64,000 bases of DNA from Octopus vulgaris (lineage: Eukaryota). Below are positions 43,481 through 57,334 of the stretch, in pieces. The translations under genes and the position numbers were made by a program. Location of the stretch: contig OX597831.1 of assembly GCA_951406725.2 (NCBI GenBank), positions 13,888,001 through 13,952,000 on the forward strand, read 5' to 3'. Within the stretch, counting starts at the first letter, position 1, and every line of letters starts with the position of its first letter. The notes below the pieces were generated by a model. The model worked only from the letters and a program-made list of their open reading frames with translations. It had not been told where the DNA came from and did no database searches.

Positions 43481-44074
43481 ACTTTAGTGAAAGGTCAATT
43501 ATTTATTTGCCCCTGGGCTCTAAAATTATATTTTTAACTCTTCTCTGCTAAACACATTTTTAACTCTCGTCTTCTACCTTCAACTAACTTTTTTAACCAC
43601 TGAATAAATATTACGCCTCCCCCCCCCCCTACTTCATATCACGGATGCTTCAATTTTCCCTCTTTTTCCTTCACCCTCTGTTTCTTTCTACCTCTTTCTG
43701 TCTCACTCTCCCTCCTTTTCCTTTCTCCTCTCTTTCCCTTCAACTAATCATGTGAAAGCGTTACAATTACATTCCCTCTACCTCACGTCATGAACGCTTG
43801 TCTCCCTTTCTTTTTCTCTCTCCTTCCTTTTCTCTAATCACATGAAGGCGTTACCGACGGGCTAAGTAACGGAATAACAAACATAATTGTTATAAGATTT
43901 TGTTCTCATTGTCCTTCATATTTTCTATGAATTTCTGAAAATATTTATTTGTACCTTTAAATTTCTATTTTTCTAGATTTAATATTCTTCATATTTTCTC
44001 GTCGCTATCAATCCCTATATTTCATAAATATTGTATCTAAATAATTTTATTTAGTGTTTGTTGGTTATTATTAT

Positions 44075-45520
44075 TGAAACAAAACTCAGATTTGGTTTTA
44101 TTCCTTGTAGGATTTATGTGGGTAGCGGATTACTACCTGTAACCTTACATATCCACACGTCTTCGGCAGTATTTCGAGTGCTTAGATCCCTTCTGGTAAT
44201 CCTTCCTGTCCCTAACAAGCAAACGTTCTGTAAAAACTCTACCGGGCATTCTATTTCAATCTCCTTCAGCCGTTTGTCTATATTTTGGCTTACTTTTCCC
44301 AACGCACCAATTATTACAGGCACGGCATTTACTGTTCCCTTGCTCCAAATTCTTACTATTTCAAATTTTCAGGGATTGTATTTTCTTTGTGTTTTCTTCC
44401 TCTTTCTTTACGATTCCGGTATCAAACGAGCATGAAGAGTCGATAAGTAAGCAACTTCGCTTTTCCTTATCTATGATTGTAATATCTGGTCTATTACTTT
44501 CTAACATCTTGTCCATTTGAAGAGGGAAGTCCCACAAAATCTTACGTTTCTCTGACTCCAAGACTCTTTCGACTCTTTCCACTCGATGACAGTACCATGT
44601 GTTTCCCGCTTCAAATCCCCATTTCTAGCAGTGTTTCTAGTATACATTTTACAACATGGCCGTGCCTCTATTTCTTATATTCTTCTTGTGCCAACTTGGG
44701 GCATTCTTCCACAAGGTGTGCCGCTGTCTCCTTCTAAGTTGCACAGGCTCTACATTTTCCTGACACATTCTCTCCATATATATTTTTCTCAAGTTGTTTG
44801 TTTTTATCTCTTGACCTCAGGCTGCTACAATTAAGCTCATTGTTTCATTTTTAATTCACTCTTTTTAACCAAGCCCCAAATTTCCTTCCACATACATGTT
44901 CAGTGGATCTCCAAATTTGGCCATGCAGAAGTGTCTCACCTGTCTGTCTGATGTGCTATCTTTGTATTTCATTTTTGTCCTTTTCTCTTCTTACGCGCTT
45001 TATCGCTTGTTCTTTCTTAAATGCCGTTAGTAGATTTTTGGTGCGCTGCTTTATAAATCCTCTACTAGACATTTCCTTTCCATCTGTACACATTCTTCTA
45101 CTGCTATTAAGCCTCTTCCACCCTGGTCGCGCCTCAATTACAGCCGCTTGATATCAGCTTTCAGATGGTGGATTTCATACATCGTCAACAACTTCATAGT
45201 TTTTCTGTCAAGTTTCCTTTTTATTTCGTTTCTGGTCCATTCTATGATACCAACTCCCTATTTGATTAAGAGTACTGCTCTTTAATTTATTGCTTCAATA
45301 AGAATTTTGGAATTCAGTTTTGACTGCAATCATTTTCTGACTCTTCTTCTGTACTCTCTACCGGCAATTTCTTTCATTTCTTCATTTTTTATCCAATCTG
45401 CTTCAACTATTCCCAAGTACATATACCTCTGTCCTTTCTCAACCGTTCTCATTCTTTGGCCATTTGACATTTCAATTCCCTGGATTCTTTCAAATCTTTT
45501 TCTTGTTATTAAATAAAATT
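44075..45520 (-). mobile_element. Degenerate R4/Dong-type element, 3' half
   Basis: YMYLGI, ILWDFPLQMD..NRPDI, PVIIGALG fragments. Confidence 0.85.
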
Positions 45521-45713
45521 TTATCAAACTACTTCTCTGTCATTTAAGACGTTATATACATATGGAGGAATGTGTATATCCTTACTTTACACCAAGGGTG
45601 TAGAAACTACATTACATTTAATAATAAATATCTATGATATATTTTGTGGAAATCAGATATTACAGATATCTCAGTAATAGTATCCTGTTGGTATATATTA
45701 AAGATATTATTAC

Positions 45714-45786
45714 GTTTCTTAACCCAGTCTAACTGTCAACTATCATTTAGACTAGGGTACGTCTAGACTGTACTAATAATATTCAA
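45714..45786 (-). CDS. Tentative P3 exon 4, giving a short end (FEYY*) without a hydrophobic tail
   Basis: gttttcag acceptor, stop at 45773-45775, gtaata donor; same sequence in the P4 duplicate near 63770-63842; no homology to P1/P2 exon 4. Confidence 0.3.
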
Positions 45787-46447
45787 CTGAAAACGTTGTG
45801 AAAATGAAGTACCAATAAAAAATACAAATGTATTTTCATAAATATTCTATATATACATCAATATATACTTTTGATTTAATATTCAATTCCTCCATCAGGC
45901 AAATAAGTATTTTATATCTAATAATATGCTGCTTAATGTGGTAGAATAAAGCGAAACATCATGTTATCTTCTGTTTTTTATATATATTAGAATTGATATA
46001 AGATTAATTAATTTTAGGTTGATACTTCAGAAATGAATTAAACATTACCGAACTGTTTAGCGAGAAGTGAAAACACAAAGATCCTAGGGGTTGATGGAAG
46101 TTATTTTCCCATTCTACATTCGCATTCCTGCAAATCTGACAAATTCTCCTATAATGGTACTTCACGTTTTACATCAACCTGAAACTCTCTTTGTATTTAC
46201 ATTTGACCCAAACAATTTATATGAAATAATAAAAACATGATACGCTAAGCAGATCTTTGATACTCCATCGTTTATATAAAAATTATTTGTACAGAAAATA
46301 TTCTAATATTTTTAACCATTTAATTATGAATTAATGGAAAGAGTCACATTTGTAGTAATTGAATTTCCATCATCATTAGCGTCAGTAATTAAGCTCACTG
46401 ATTCACGATTTCTCATTGTTGTTTGCAAATAAACAAAAATCTCTTAC

Positions 46448-46545
46448 AAGAACAGAAGTAACCCGAACTGTAATAGGAATGCAGCGCCTCAATACACAGT
46501 TCATCTTTATTCTTCTCAGCACATATTTTATACATTAATATACGT
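46448..46545 (-). CDS. P3 exon 3 (RILMYKICAEKNKDELCIEALHSYYSSGYFCS)
   Basis: gtcttgcag acceptor, gtaaga donor. Confidence 0.85.
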
Positions 46546-49500
46546 CTGCAAGACAAGCAGAATTCGGTCGATACAATTAGTTCATAAAATGTTTACCATT
46601 TGAAAATGTATGACATTATATGTTTGATGTTCGTGGGTAAATTTGCAGTTCTTTGCTTTATTATATCTGATCGTGTGTTTAATGATCAAATTCACTTACA
46701 ATCTGACCAGCAAATTATAGCAGTGTACTCAATAAAGAATTATTAGTTTTAAGGATTTTATTGTGCACTTGATTATTTAGAAAATGTTACTTTAATATTA
46801 AATGAGAAATAATAATAGTTGGAATAAAAGGATACGTACGAGCAGAAAATTTGATTGTGATCATCAAAATGAAAGTTTTTCCTAGCTTCTGGGCAATTTC
46901 TTGCATCCATGCATTCGCTGATGCGAGGAAACGCTGCAAATTAAAAATTATTATTTCATATTCTTTCTAGACTGAATAAATAAGAAGAAATATACTATAA
47001 ACTACACTCGATATCAGCTAGAAATTATCAGTGTCATTGTCAATTTCGTACTGTCGGATTAACAGAATTGTGATAGCAACAGAAAAAATGCTTCTGATAG
47101 TTCTTCTCGCTCTTTACGTTCCAAGTTCACATTCTGCTAATGCCGTATTTGCTTTCCATCCATCCGAGGTCACAAAATTAAAATATTCCTCAGGTATTAG
47201 GGTGAATAGTAACATGTACCCATTTCCCATCAAAACTAATATTCTTGGACCTAAATTAGAATCGTTTCTTACAATGAGGTGCCATGTTTTAAAATTAGCA
47301 AATTAGGTGCGTCTACAAATAGAGAGATGTTTTGATATTACCAAATGACTCTTATGTTAACAATCATTTTATGTTCATGTTGCAGAAATCACAGAATGGT
47401 GCCTCACTGCAATTATGACTGTAATACACAACCGAAAGTCTTCTCATTTATTGACTATTGATATGTATTCACAACGTACTAACGTCTGTTGATATATTGT
47501 TATATATTGTTTATCTTAAAACACCTGAACGTCTGGTGGAAAGGATCTTCCCATTTGCTACAACTGTAAATTCCAAAATGAATTATGATAAATAACGCAG
47601 ACTCGATATCGTCAGAGTATTAGTGTGTGACATGCATCGTACTTCTCAAAATATTCGAAGAAGATCATACTTGAACACCATTACGTTTGCGTCTCTTACA
47701 AGCTCTTAGATGTACCTGTGAAACTAATTCAGCTCCAAGACACATTGGTAATGCTTTGAATAATTCAGGTGAACGTATCAATCATTGACTTAAAGCAAAT
47801 TCTGAACTAATTTGAACACAAAACTGGTTTTAGCGCCAGATAGAAAGACATCACAGTTCTTTCTCACATTACACTGAAAACATAGTATACAACCTGTGGC
47901 TATGTAAGCCATAGGCAAATACACAGACAAATAATATGGCATATATTCCAAACTTGTATACGCCAATCGTCAGAAACTGACGTCTGTTTTATTTCTGACG
48001 CATCCATTTAAAAGAATGGGAAAAATATTGCTAAATTCTCTACCTTAAATTTCAATGCATTTTCTTTAGCAAGAACAGTTCGTAAATATAACGGATATTT
48101 CTACGGCAATGAAAGATGTACATCGAATTTTCCAACATTGACACGTATATGATTTATATACAAGTAGGGTAAAATCTGTCTTTAAATATACAAAAATGTA
48201 TCTCACATATAGAACAAAATTCAAATTTTGTTTTCGGAGTAGCACAATAATGCGATCATTATCAAAATCGCATACTTCCAAATTAGTTTTGGAAATGAAG
48301 GGAGTAAATGACCGTGATGATCAGAAAATAGTGCGAAAGATCGATATGTGACATAGTTGCTCCCTTCTGGCGCGGTTTCCGCTTTCCAACGTTTTGGCCG
48401 TAAGCTACGACGGGGAACGACATCCATGACCTCGACCTGTTATTTATTTATAATGGTACACACGCAAACATCAAATGCACATAAACATACACCAGATACG
48501 AGCACACGCAAACACTTATCAGATACATAAACACACACACACAGATATATGCACACGCGCACACTCATACCAGTTGTGCATACACACACAAGGGAGAAAT
48601 GTGAATGAATGCGCGTATGTGTGTTTGGGTGTGTGTGTATATGCGTTTGTGTGTGTATGCGTATGTGTGCATATATATATGGAGGCACATGGCCTAGTGG
48701 TTAGAGCAGCGGGTTCGAATCTCAGACCGGGCGATGTGTGTGTTTATGAGCTCCACGCAGCTCCGGCAGAAGGTAATGGCGAAACTTCTGCTGACTCTTT
48801 CGCCACAACTTTCTCTCACTCTTTCCTCCTGCATCTTGCAGCTCACCTGCGACGGGCCGCCGTCCCGTCTAGGTGGGGAACCTATACGCCAAGGAAACCG
48901 GGAAACCGGCCCTTATGAGCCAGGCATGGCTCGAGAAGGAACAAAGAACAAACATATATATATATATAAACAATTATAAATAAGAGCAAAAGAAATGATT
49001 TCCTGTGCCTATATGTTGAAAACAGACCCTCGATCTTCTAACCACATACAATTTTTTATTCAATATAAAAACGTGTTGAAACGAAGAAAGCAAGCAAACA
49101 GAATTTCTTAAATTCGTTATTTCCGAATCAGGCCGGTTTGTGGATTAATCCAATTAGATTCTTCCTTCGTCAGCAAGAAACCCAATAAGAACAAATGGAA
49201 CACTTACATATACTCACGGAAAAAGCAGGTGCAAAGTCATGAATGTGTGTGTGTGTGTGTGTGTGTGCACTTATATATACACTCACAGATGTGTACTTCT
49301 GTTTTCGTGACTTATTTGGTCAACACTTCATAGAAAACCCTGGTTATCGTTTAATTAACGTTTCCTAAATAAAGTTCGACAAACATTGCCACGCTTTAAA
49401 TAGGATCAGTTATTATCTACTTACTAATCGGAATGTGTCCCCAGCATTTCTGCAGAGCAATCACTGAAATAATTTCAAGAATATAAACACGGAATGATGA

Positions 49501-50003
49501 AAATAATTCAGAAATATAGTAACGGTTTAAAATGATGAAATATGTGTATCATACAAAATTTATACAAATCATACACATCGTTTGAAAACATGAGTCTGTA
49601 GAATTGGATGAGTAAAAATTTCTTCATGGTAATGTTGTATTTAAACGGCAATATGTATCTAAGCTAAAAGAACGTCATCCCAGCAGTAAGTCATGAGAAT
49701 ATTAGATATATTTCGCCCTTCACGAGGCTTGTCATGAACGTGCAGCCTTCTCGAACGATTTTCTTTTCTCGATACATAAGCAAACGCGAATAATTATTTC
49801 ATTGATATCGATGGGTAACAGCCGAACGGTAAAAACTCGGTAAAGCCAATTGAAACAGTATTGAATTAAAGCAGAGACCTTAACAGCCCAGCAAGAATTC
49901 ATTCTGCAAAAATTCTTTAAATATAAAGGTTGAATAGCTTGGAATACGTGTGCTTATCAGTGTAAGCATGCACGCGAAAAAACACGTGCGTAAGCTAATG
50001 CAC

Positions 50004-50074
<71 letters not shown>

Positions 50075-50707
50075 TGTGTGTGTCTCTGGAGGCGCAATGG
50101 CCCAGTGGTTAGGGTAGCGGACCCGTGGTAGTAGGATCGCGGTTTCCATTCCCAGACCGGGCATTGAGAGTGTTTATTGAGCAAAAACACTTAAAGTTCC
50201 ACGAGGCTCCGGCAGTAGGTGGTGGTAAACCCTGCTATACTCTTTCACCACAACTTTCTCACACTCTTTCTTCCTGTTTCTGCTGTACCTGTATTTCAAA
50301 GGCCCAGCCTTGTCACACTCTGTGTCACGTTGAATCTACCCGAGAACTACGTTATAGGTATACGTGTCGGTGAAATGCTCGGCCACTTGCACGTTAATAA
50401 ATTATCTGCGACGTCACAGGTGCCAAGCTGTATCAGCCTTTGCCTTATCCCTTGGATAACATTGGTGGCGGCGTGGAGAGGGGAGGCCAGTATGCATGGG
50501 CGAATTCTGGTCTTCCAAAAACAAACTTTCCCAGACTTGTGCCTCGGGGGGTAACTTTCTAGATGTAATCCCATGGACATTCATGACCGAAGGAGGTCTC
50601 ACACACACACACAAACATATATATATATATGAGTGTGTGTGTGTGTATATATATATACATATGTATATAAGCATGTGTGTGTGTGTGTATACATATACAT
50701 ACACACA

Positions 50708-50749
<42 letters not shown>

Positions 50750-51711
50750 AATCACGCAAAATCTAACCTGTCTGATTGATTCATTTTCCACAAAGTTATA
50801 TTTTGCGACTATTATCTTTTCTCGTTATTCACCTGACGATTTCATTTTTATATTACGTAGGCTAACAAAACGAACCTAACTCGTCAGGCATAAGTCAGAA
50901 TGTGGTAATATGTAATTCCTGGCATTAATATTGATCGCACGTCTTCCAAACCGTTCAACCTTTATATCTAAACAAGGGGTTTGAAGTATTTATCTTTACA
51001 TTGTGAACATCATTTAAAGTACTCAGCATAAAAATATGCACTAATAATTGTTTCTTGCTCCGAAAACACGTGGCTAATGATGTTTTCATAACGAGCTTTG
51101 CGTCAACAAGCAACTTAAGACTATGATCACATGATCGTTTTTGTTTGCAAGCCAATACGCTAGTACATGAGAAAATAAAAACCTAAAATCGGGAAGAAGG
51201 TTCATGCAAAATTGAAAGTTGATTAAACGGTAAAGAAAGAAAATTAGGATTACGTCGTGTTTCCCAGTAGAAGGCATAAATAAACTATTTGTTGTAGAGG
51301 AATCCAACAGAGACGGGTGCTAATTTTGCCATACAGTTTCTCAATCGGATGAGAGTGGTAGACTCCAGTTTCCCCAAAAGAAATTTGACCATCTGCTTGC
51401 ATTTGCTGAAAATTTCGATTCTGGAATTAAGTAGAGTGGTGGAATCTTTGTACGGTCATTCTGCTACGCAAAAGTTACGTTACTTTAATCCATTTACATA
51501 TGGCATGGGTTTCTCTACGATTCTCCACTTGATTGTATACGGTGTACAGTCGCTAAATTAGTGACTATACATTCGTGTGTGTGTGTGTGTGTGTGTGTGT
51601 TTGATAGATTTAATGATAATCATATATTAAATACAAACAATTATGAAGATAAAAACATTTGTCTTGTAACTACTTACCGATAATAAAGAGAAAACACAGA
51701 CAATATTTCAT
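46448..51711 (-). CDS. Paralog P3: signal-peptide six-Cys protein; three clear coding exons, C-terminal exon uncertain
   Basis: Exons 51711-51678, 46933-46840, 46545-46448. Protein MKYCLCFLFIIAFPRISECMDARNCPEARKNFHFDDHNQIFCSRILMYKICAEKNKDELCIEALHSYYSSGYFCS... Same phases; exon 2 and 3 lengths (94, 98) equal P2. Confidence 0.8.
46840..46933 (-). CDS. P3 exon 2 (FPRISECMDARNCPEARKNFHFDDHNQIFC)
   Basis: ttttaatttgcag acceptor, gtacgt donor. Confidence 0.85.
50087..50600 (+). mobile_element. SINE family B copy fused to a second repeat tail (also seen at 7975-8175)
   Basis: Head and body as 306-690, then aagctgtatc(a/g)gcctttgcc..cccttggataacattggtg shared with 7990-8035. Confidence 0.82.
51678..51711 (-). 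CDS. P3 exon 1, signal peptide (MKYCLCFLFII)
   Basis: acgATG...ATCG|gtaagt; 34 nt, phase 1. Confidence 0.8.
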
Positions 51712-51774
51712 CGTGGATTTTCTTTTTCAATGACAGTCCGATCATGAAATGTTCCCTCACTTGTCTCCATTTCT

Positions 51775-51815
51775 TTTATATTCAGAAATGATGTAACAGC
51801 TGTTTCTCCTCACTG
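51775..51815 (-). promoter_or_regulatory. Conserved upstream motif of P3 (E-box) with adjacent TATAAAA
   Basis: Same motif as P1; minus-strand TATAAAA at 51775-51781. Confidence 0.55.
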
Positions 51816-53003
51816 AAGCCAGCTTATATTCGCACCATACGGTTTTCTCTAATATTTTTTTATGATGCCTTTAATGGTTTTCACGAAGTGAAATGTTGAA
51901 ATATAACATATATATATATATATATATATGTGTATATATATGTGTGTGCGTGTGAGCGCACTGTGTGTGTAGTTGTGTATACATACATGTATGGATTTAT
52001 GTGCGTATAAACAATAAGACAGATTTCTTTCAGACGATTTCTATGCTGTTAAACAAAAGAGAAAATTTTACTACTTGGAATTCTCCAAAAAAGAATGACC
52101 GAATCAACCATGCTACAGCTGGGACTGTAAAATACTGCAAACTATTACAAACTTATTATTTATGGCAATACATCAATGAACACGTTCGAGGGACCAGAAT
52201 AAGAAAGAAAGGGCAGAAGCAGAATGGTGGAAAGGGCCAGAGAAAACAAGGAGCGATACATTGCTCCATCTTTAAAAGATGAAGTAAGGATTGTAAATCA
52301 AATTTGCGTTGTATGTTATGAAGAACATTTGACTTTAAGGCTGAAAACAAAAGGAGTAAAAGAGAGGGTAAGAAGGAAATAAGCATACACACATATAAAC
52401 ATGTATACACAATTATATACCCACACATACACATGCATAAAGATTATATACATATACACATACAGATGTACATATGTACATGCACATATATATGCACATG
52501 CATATATATATACATACCTGACACACATGTACATGTAAGCATCTTATACGTACACGCATAGATACACACAAAAACACATACATACATATATATATATATA
52601 GTATTTAATCAAGGGAAATGGAATTTAATTAAAATTAAAAGCATTTAATCAAAATCTACATTTTCAGTGGTTTAACGTGTAAAAAAATTTAGTCAAAAAG
52701 ACTGTATATTAGTCATACGATATAGTGTATATTAAAACACATAAGGAGTCCACCTATAGGGATTCTACGCATTAGAAAGAACAGCTAAGTTCTATGACCA
52801 CAAAAATTGGGGATAAAATTCGACAGGAATAAATTTGGAAATGAAAAACATTTACCATCTAGTTTCCTGGACCAATTGGTTTCTAATCTTCTTTTGGCGA
52901 GTCAAGGAGAACTCACAAGGTCTGATTTTCTTCAGCAGGTCCAACCCCAACAATTGGATTCCTTATGTGTTTAATTATACGCTATATCGTATATATATAT
53001 ATC

Positions 53004-53054
<51 letters not shown>

Positions 53055-53760
53055 ACTTGTAGATATGTAGCTCCATACTTGCATATATCGCTTTCACATT
53101 TAAGTATACATAAAAATAGCAAACGAAACAATATACATATATACCTGTGTCCATAGGCTCATACGGATAGAGTGTCCATATGCACGTACCACTTCAGTGC
53201 CATTCCATAAAATTGTAATATAATCATATTCAAATTCGTTAAAATAACCATAGACTAAAATGGGGAGCAATATAGGTGTCAAAAGTGAGGTCACGTTGTA
53301 TATAATCGTTACATTACGAGATATTCTCACGTAAGCCGAAATAGTATCTAAAGACATTAATTTACATCCGATATAAAATATTCAGCGTATATTCTGGGGA
53401 GCAGGGCTGTGGCCTCACAAAATTGCTTGATTTAACTTAAAGGTGATTTAATCGGGGATTCATAGAATTACTTAACCAGTTTAAAGTATGCAAGTACTCG
53501 AAGAACCTGATGCAAGAAAGTAAACCCACAAATCGATATTTATATCATCCATAATGTGAACGAAATTAATGTATCTCGAAGATTATTGTTATATATTTAC
53601 ACTGGTATTGATACTTTGAGCTATAAAACTGTTTCTAATTTTATGCAAGCAGTAATTTTATGCAAGATTGTAGCAATCATATTAGGAATAACGATGCTAG
53701 TAATAAGAGTGGTAACAATAACGGGGATTGCTGTAAATCGAGTAATTGTAAAATGTAGTA

Positions 53761-53980
53761 GAAAAGGAAGAGAAGAAGAAGAAGAAGAAGAAGAAGAAGA
53801 AGAAGAAGAAGAAGAAGAAGGAGAAGGAGAAGAAGAAGACGAAGGAAGAGGAAGAAGAAGAAGAAGAAGAAGAAGAAGAAGGAGGAGGAGGAGGAGGAGG
53901 AAGAGAAGAAGAAGAAGAAGAAGAAGAAGAAGAAGAAGAAGAACTAGAACAAGAAAGGGAAGAAGACGAAGAAGAAGAAC
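53761..53980. repeat. (GAA)n/(GGA)n microsatellite
   Basis: Direct reading. Confidence 0.95.
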
Positions 53981-54289
53981 CACAACAACAGGGTCTACGG
54001 AGACAATTATATTAATAATAATAATTCTTTCTGTCATAGTCACAAGGCCAGAAACTTTGAGGAAGGGAGCAAGTCAATTACATCGACTCTAGTGAGTAAC
54101 TTGTACTTATTTCATCGACCCCGAAAAACGGAAGGCAAAGTTGACCTCGGTGGAATTTGAACTCAATACTCAAAGACAAACGAAATGCCTCTAAGCAGTT
54201 TGCCCGGTGTGCTAACGATTCTTCAAGCTCGCCAACTGATTATGGTAACAGTAATAATGATAATAGATATGACATAAATGGTAATGGTA

Positions 54290-54560
54290 CGACTCCGAAG
54301 AAATGCAATGGTCGAGACCGAGCTAAATGTCCTCTTGAATGCAGTTGTCTCACAATGAATATCGTTTACATATGTATCATAGAAACCAATACTAATACCT
54401 TCACCTACATAGGCAGAACATCTCTTGCCTTCAAAGTAAGATTACGTAATCAACTTTAAGTTAACTTAGACAATATTGTAAGGCCGCGACACTGCTCCCT
54501 AGATTATATGTTGGCAATCTTACATCGAGTGTAATTTGACGGCATTAGGCTGTATTTCAG
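54290..54560 (+). mobile_element. Penelope-like element GIY-YIG endonuclease fragment
   Basis: KKCNGRDRAKCPLECSCLTMNIVY...TYIGRTSLAFKVR. Confidence 0.75.
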
Positions 54561-55082
54561 CTTACGTGAGCATAACTGGTAACTCACTCCAATTATTCGC
54601 CCCATTCTCTTAATAATTTTACCATGTCTAAATATTTTAACATATTTTAATATAATTATATTACTCTTTTGTTTGATAACACTGTAATCGTATGTGCATT
54701 CGGATATTCATTTTGTGTGTGCCTTTGGAATTTGCCGATGGAATTTGAACTCAGATCTCTAAGACGGACGAAATGCCTCTAAGCACTTTGTTCAGCGTGC
54801 AAACGATTCTTCCAGTTCACCAACTTATCATATTAATAGCAATAATGAAAAGGGACATTACCTCATTTAAAATGTTTCGATACATATGTATATGTATTCA
54901 CATATATGTATACATATTAATAAGGGTTAGGCAAATATATATATGTATATGAATATATATATACATATATATACACACACACACATATATATATATCTAT
55001 GTATGTATGTATGTATATATATGTATATACAAATATATATATACATATATATACATATATATATATATATATACATGTATAC

Positions 55083-55121
<39 letters not shown>

Positions 55122-56109
55122 TGTGTGTGTGAAATTGCATTTCATCCGTTCTTTTGCATTCACTTCAAAGGTCAACTTTGCCTTTCATCCTTCGACAATA
55201 CCCCTCCCTAGAATTTAAGGCCTTGGGCTAATAGTAAAAAACGATTATTATTATTTTCTACTCTAGGCACAAGGTCTGACATTTTGGGGATGGGGGTGAG
55301 TTGATTAGATCGATCCCTGTACGCAGCTGGTACTTAATTTATCGACCCCGAAAGGATGAAAGGCAAAGTCGACCTCGACGGAATTTGAACTCAGAACGTA
55401 ACGGCAGATTAAATATGGTTACGCATTTCGTCCAGCTTGCTAACGTTTCCACCAGCTCACCGCCTTAGAAAGGATTATTATCGTTGTTGTTGTTGTTGTT
55501 ATGTTTTTCGTTCAGTCAGCATTTCATTGTTGTTAAGTGTCATTAAATCTTTACACTTAATTACACAGTTAAGACTCACGGACATCCGACGCACACAACC
55601 AAACTCGTCCCCAAGTCTAACTTGACTCAAAATTCAGATATTCAATAGAAATCCCTTTCTCGTGTTTCCACAACCAAAATTACAAAACAACACCAATATA
55701 TTTATCATATTTTTATTTATGTATACACGTATTGGTTCGTTTACTCTTCTTATTCAGAACTTCAGAATTGACAGGAATATGAACTGTAATGAGAATAGAA
55801 AAGAATGCTTATTACAACATCTGTATTGGAGGGAATTAAGTTCACATTAACCAAAGAGGTTTTCTTGTACATAATTAAGCATTGAGTGTTGGTGTTAAGT
55901 TGACAATAGTATTTCTGAAATTAATGTAACCACTTCACTGCAATATTACATTTTCTGTACTAGTCGAATATATCATGTAATATATCAATTGTCGTTAAAT
56001 TTATTAGGTGTTGTGCATATAGTAAACTGTATCACATGACTGAAGAAATTGCTTATAATGTCGTTAATCTAAAATGCGTGATATATTTGTAGTAATGGCT
56101 TTATGTCTG

Positions 56110-57278
56110 TGTGTGTGTGTGCGTACTGGGAGTTTTCTTTGTCTATTTCTTTTGCATTTGTATAGCCCAGTATTCGCCATGAAGGGGCTTTTCTTGCCAT
56201 CGTTTTATCATGGTCCGTTGCTGTTCTAGTTTTTGTTTGGATTTCATGTTTTATACTTAACTTTTGTTTCTTCTTCTTCTTCTTCTTCTTCTTCTTCTTC
56301 TTCTTCTTCTTCTTCTTCTTCTTCTTCTTCTTCTTCTTCTTCTTCTACTTCGTCTTCTTTTTCATACTTGTTCGGTTGTATGACTTCTTGTTTGTATTTT
56401 TCAGCTTCCTTAAATAAGGAAAACAGTTTTTGTTTTGCTCGTGTTTTGTGGCTATTTGTATCAGTTTTCCTTACTTCTCAAGTAGGCATTTTTGAAGTCC
56501 TATGGTGATTATTTTATAAGAGCTTTCCAGCTGTATAAGGTCTCTACCACCTTCTATACGTTGTATATATAGCCTTTCTATGTCAGATTTACGGAGCCGC
56601 ATCCTAGATCCTGTCATTATTTTTCTTGTTTTCCTGTCTATTTTGGTTAGTTCATTTAGTGTCCAGTTAAGGATATTGTAGCTGCAACTTATAACTAGGA
56701 CAGCTAAAGTGTTAATACCTGCTATCTTGTTTTTAGCGTTGAGCTCTCTTTCCAGTATAGGTCTAATTCGTCTATAGTATTCTTTCTTTATTTTCTCTTT
56801 CATTTGTGTGCGTTGTATCATATGTAGTTCATTGATTCCTAAATATTTGTATGCCTGGCTTTGGTCTAATTCTCTTATTTCATTGGCTTTATCTAGTTTG
56901 ATGTTGCTGCCCTTAATTAGTTTTCCTCTTGTCAGGGTTGCTTTGGCACATTTTTCTCATCCAAATTTCATATCCATTTCTTTGGTAGATCCATGTACTG
57001 TCTGTAGTAGTGTTTCCAGCTGTTTGCCATTTGTAGCGTATAGTCTTATGTCATCCATATATAAAAGGTGGTTCATTGTTTTGCCGTAACATTTGTATCC
57101 GCATCCACTTATATTTAGCATGTGAGATAAAGGCGTCAGTGCGAAGCAGAAAAGGAGTGGAGAGAGTGTGCCTCTCTGGAATATTCCTTTTGTAATGAGT
57201 ATGGCTTTGGTTTTCACGAGTCTCTCTTTTGTTTGAAGCTGTAGCACTGTTTCTTGTTACTTAGTTGTGTTGATTGTC
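56110..57278 (-). mobile_element. R4/Dong-type RT fragment, internally deleted, with an internal (TTC)n
   Basis: GIFQRGTLSPLLF, YMDDIRL, KIDRKTRK, LYIQRIEGGR. Confidence 0.88.
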
Positions 57279-57317
<39 letters not shown>

Positions 57318-57334
57318 GATTATTATTGTTATCT

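Noticed and set aside
47520-47714. Minus-strand candidate exons (VHLRACKRR / CSKWEDPFHQTF) in P3 intron 1
   Set aside because: P3 exon 1 joins 46933 in phase and matches the paralogs; these pieces lead to stops and have no counterpart in P1 or P2.
53556-54092. Poly-E/poly-R protamine-like ORF
   Set aside because: It is a (GAA)n/(GGA)n tract running into a SINE.
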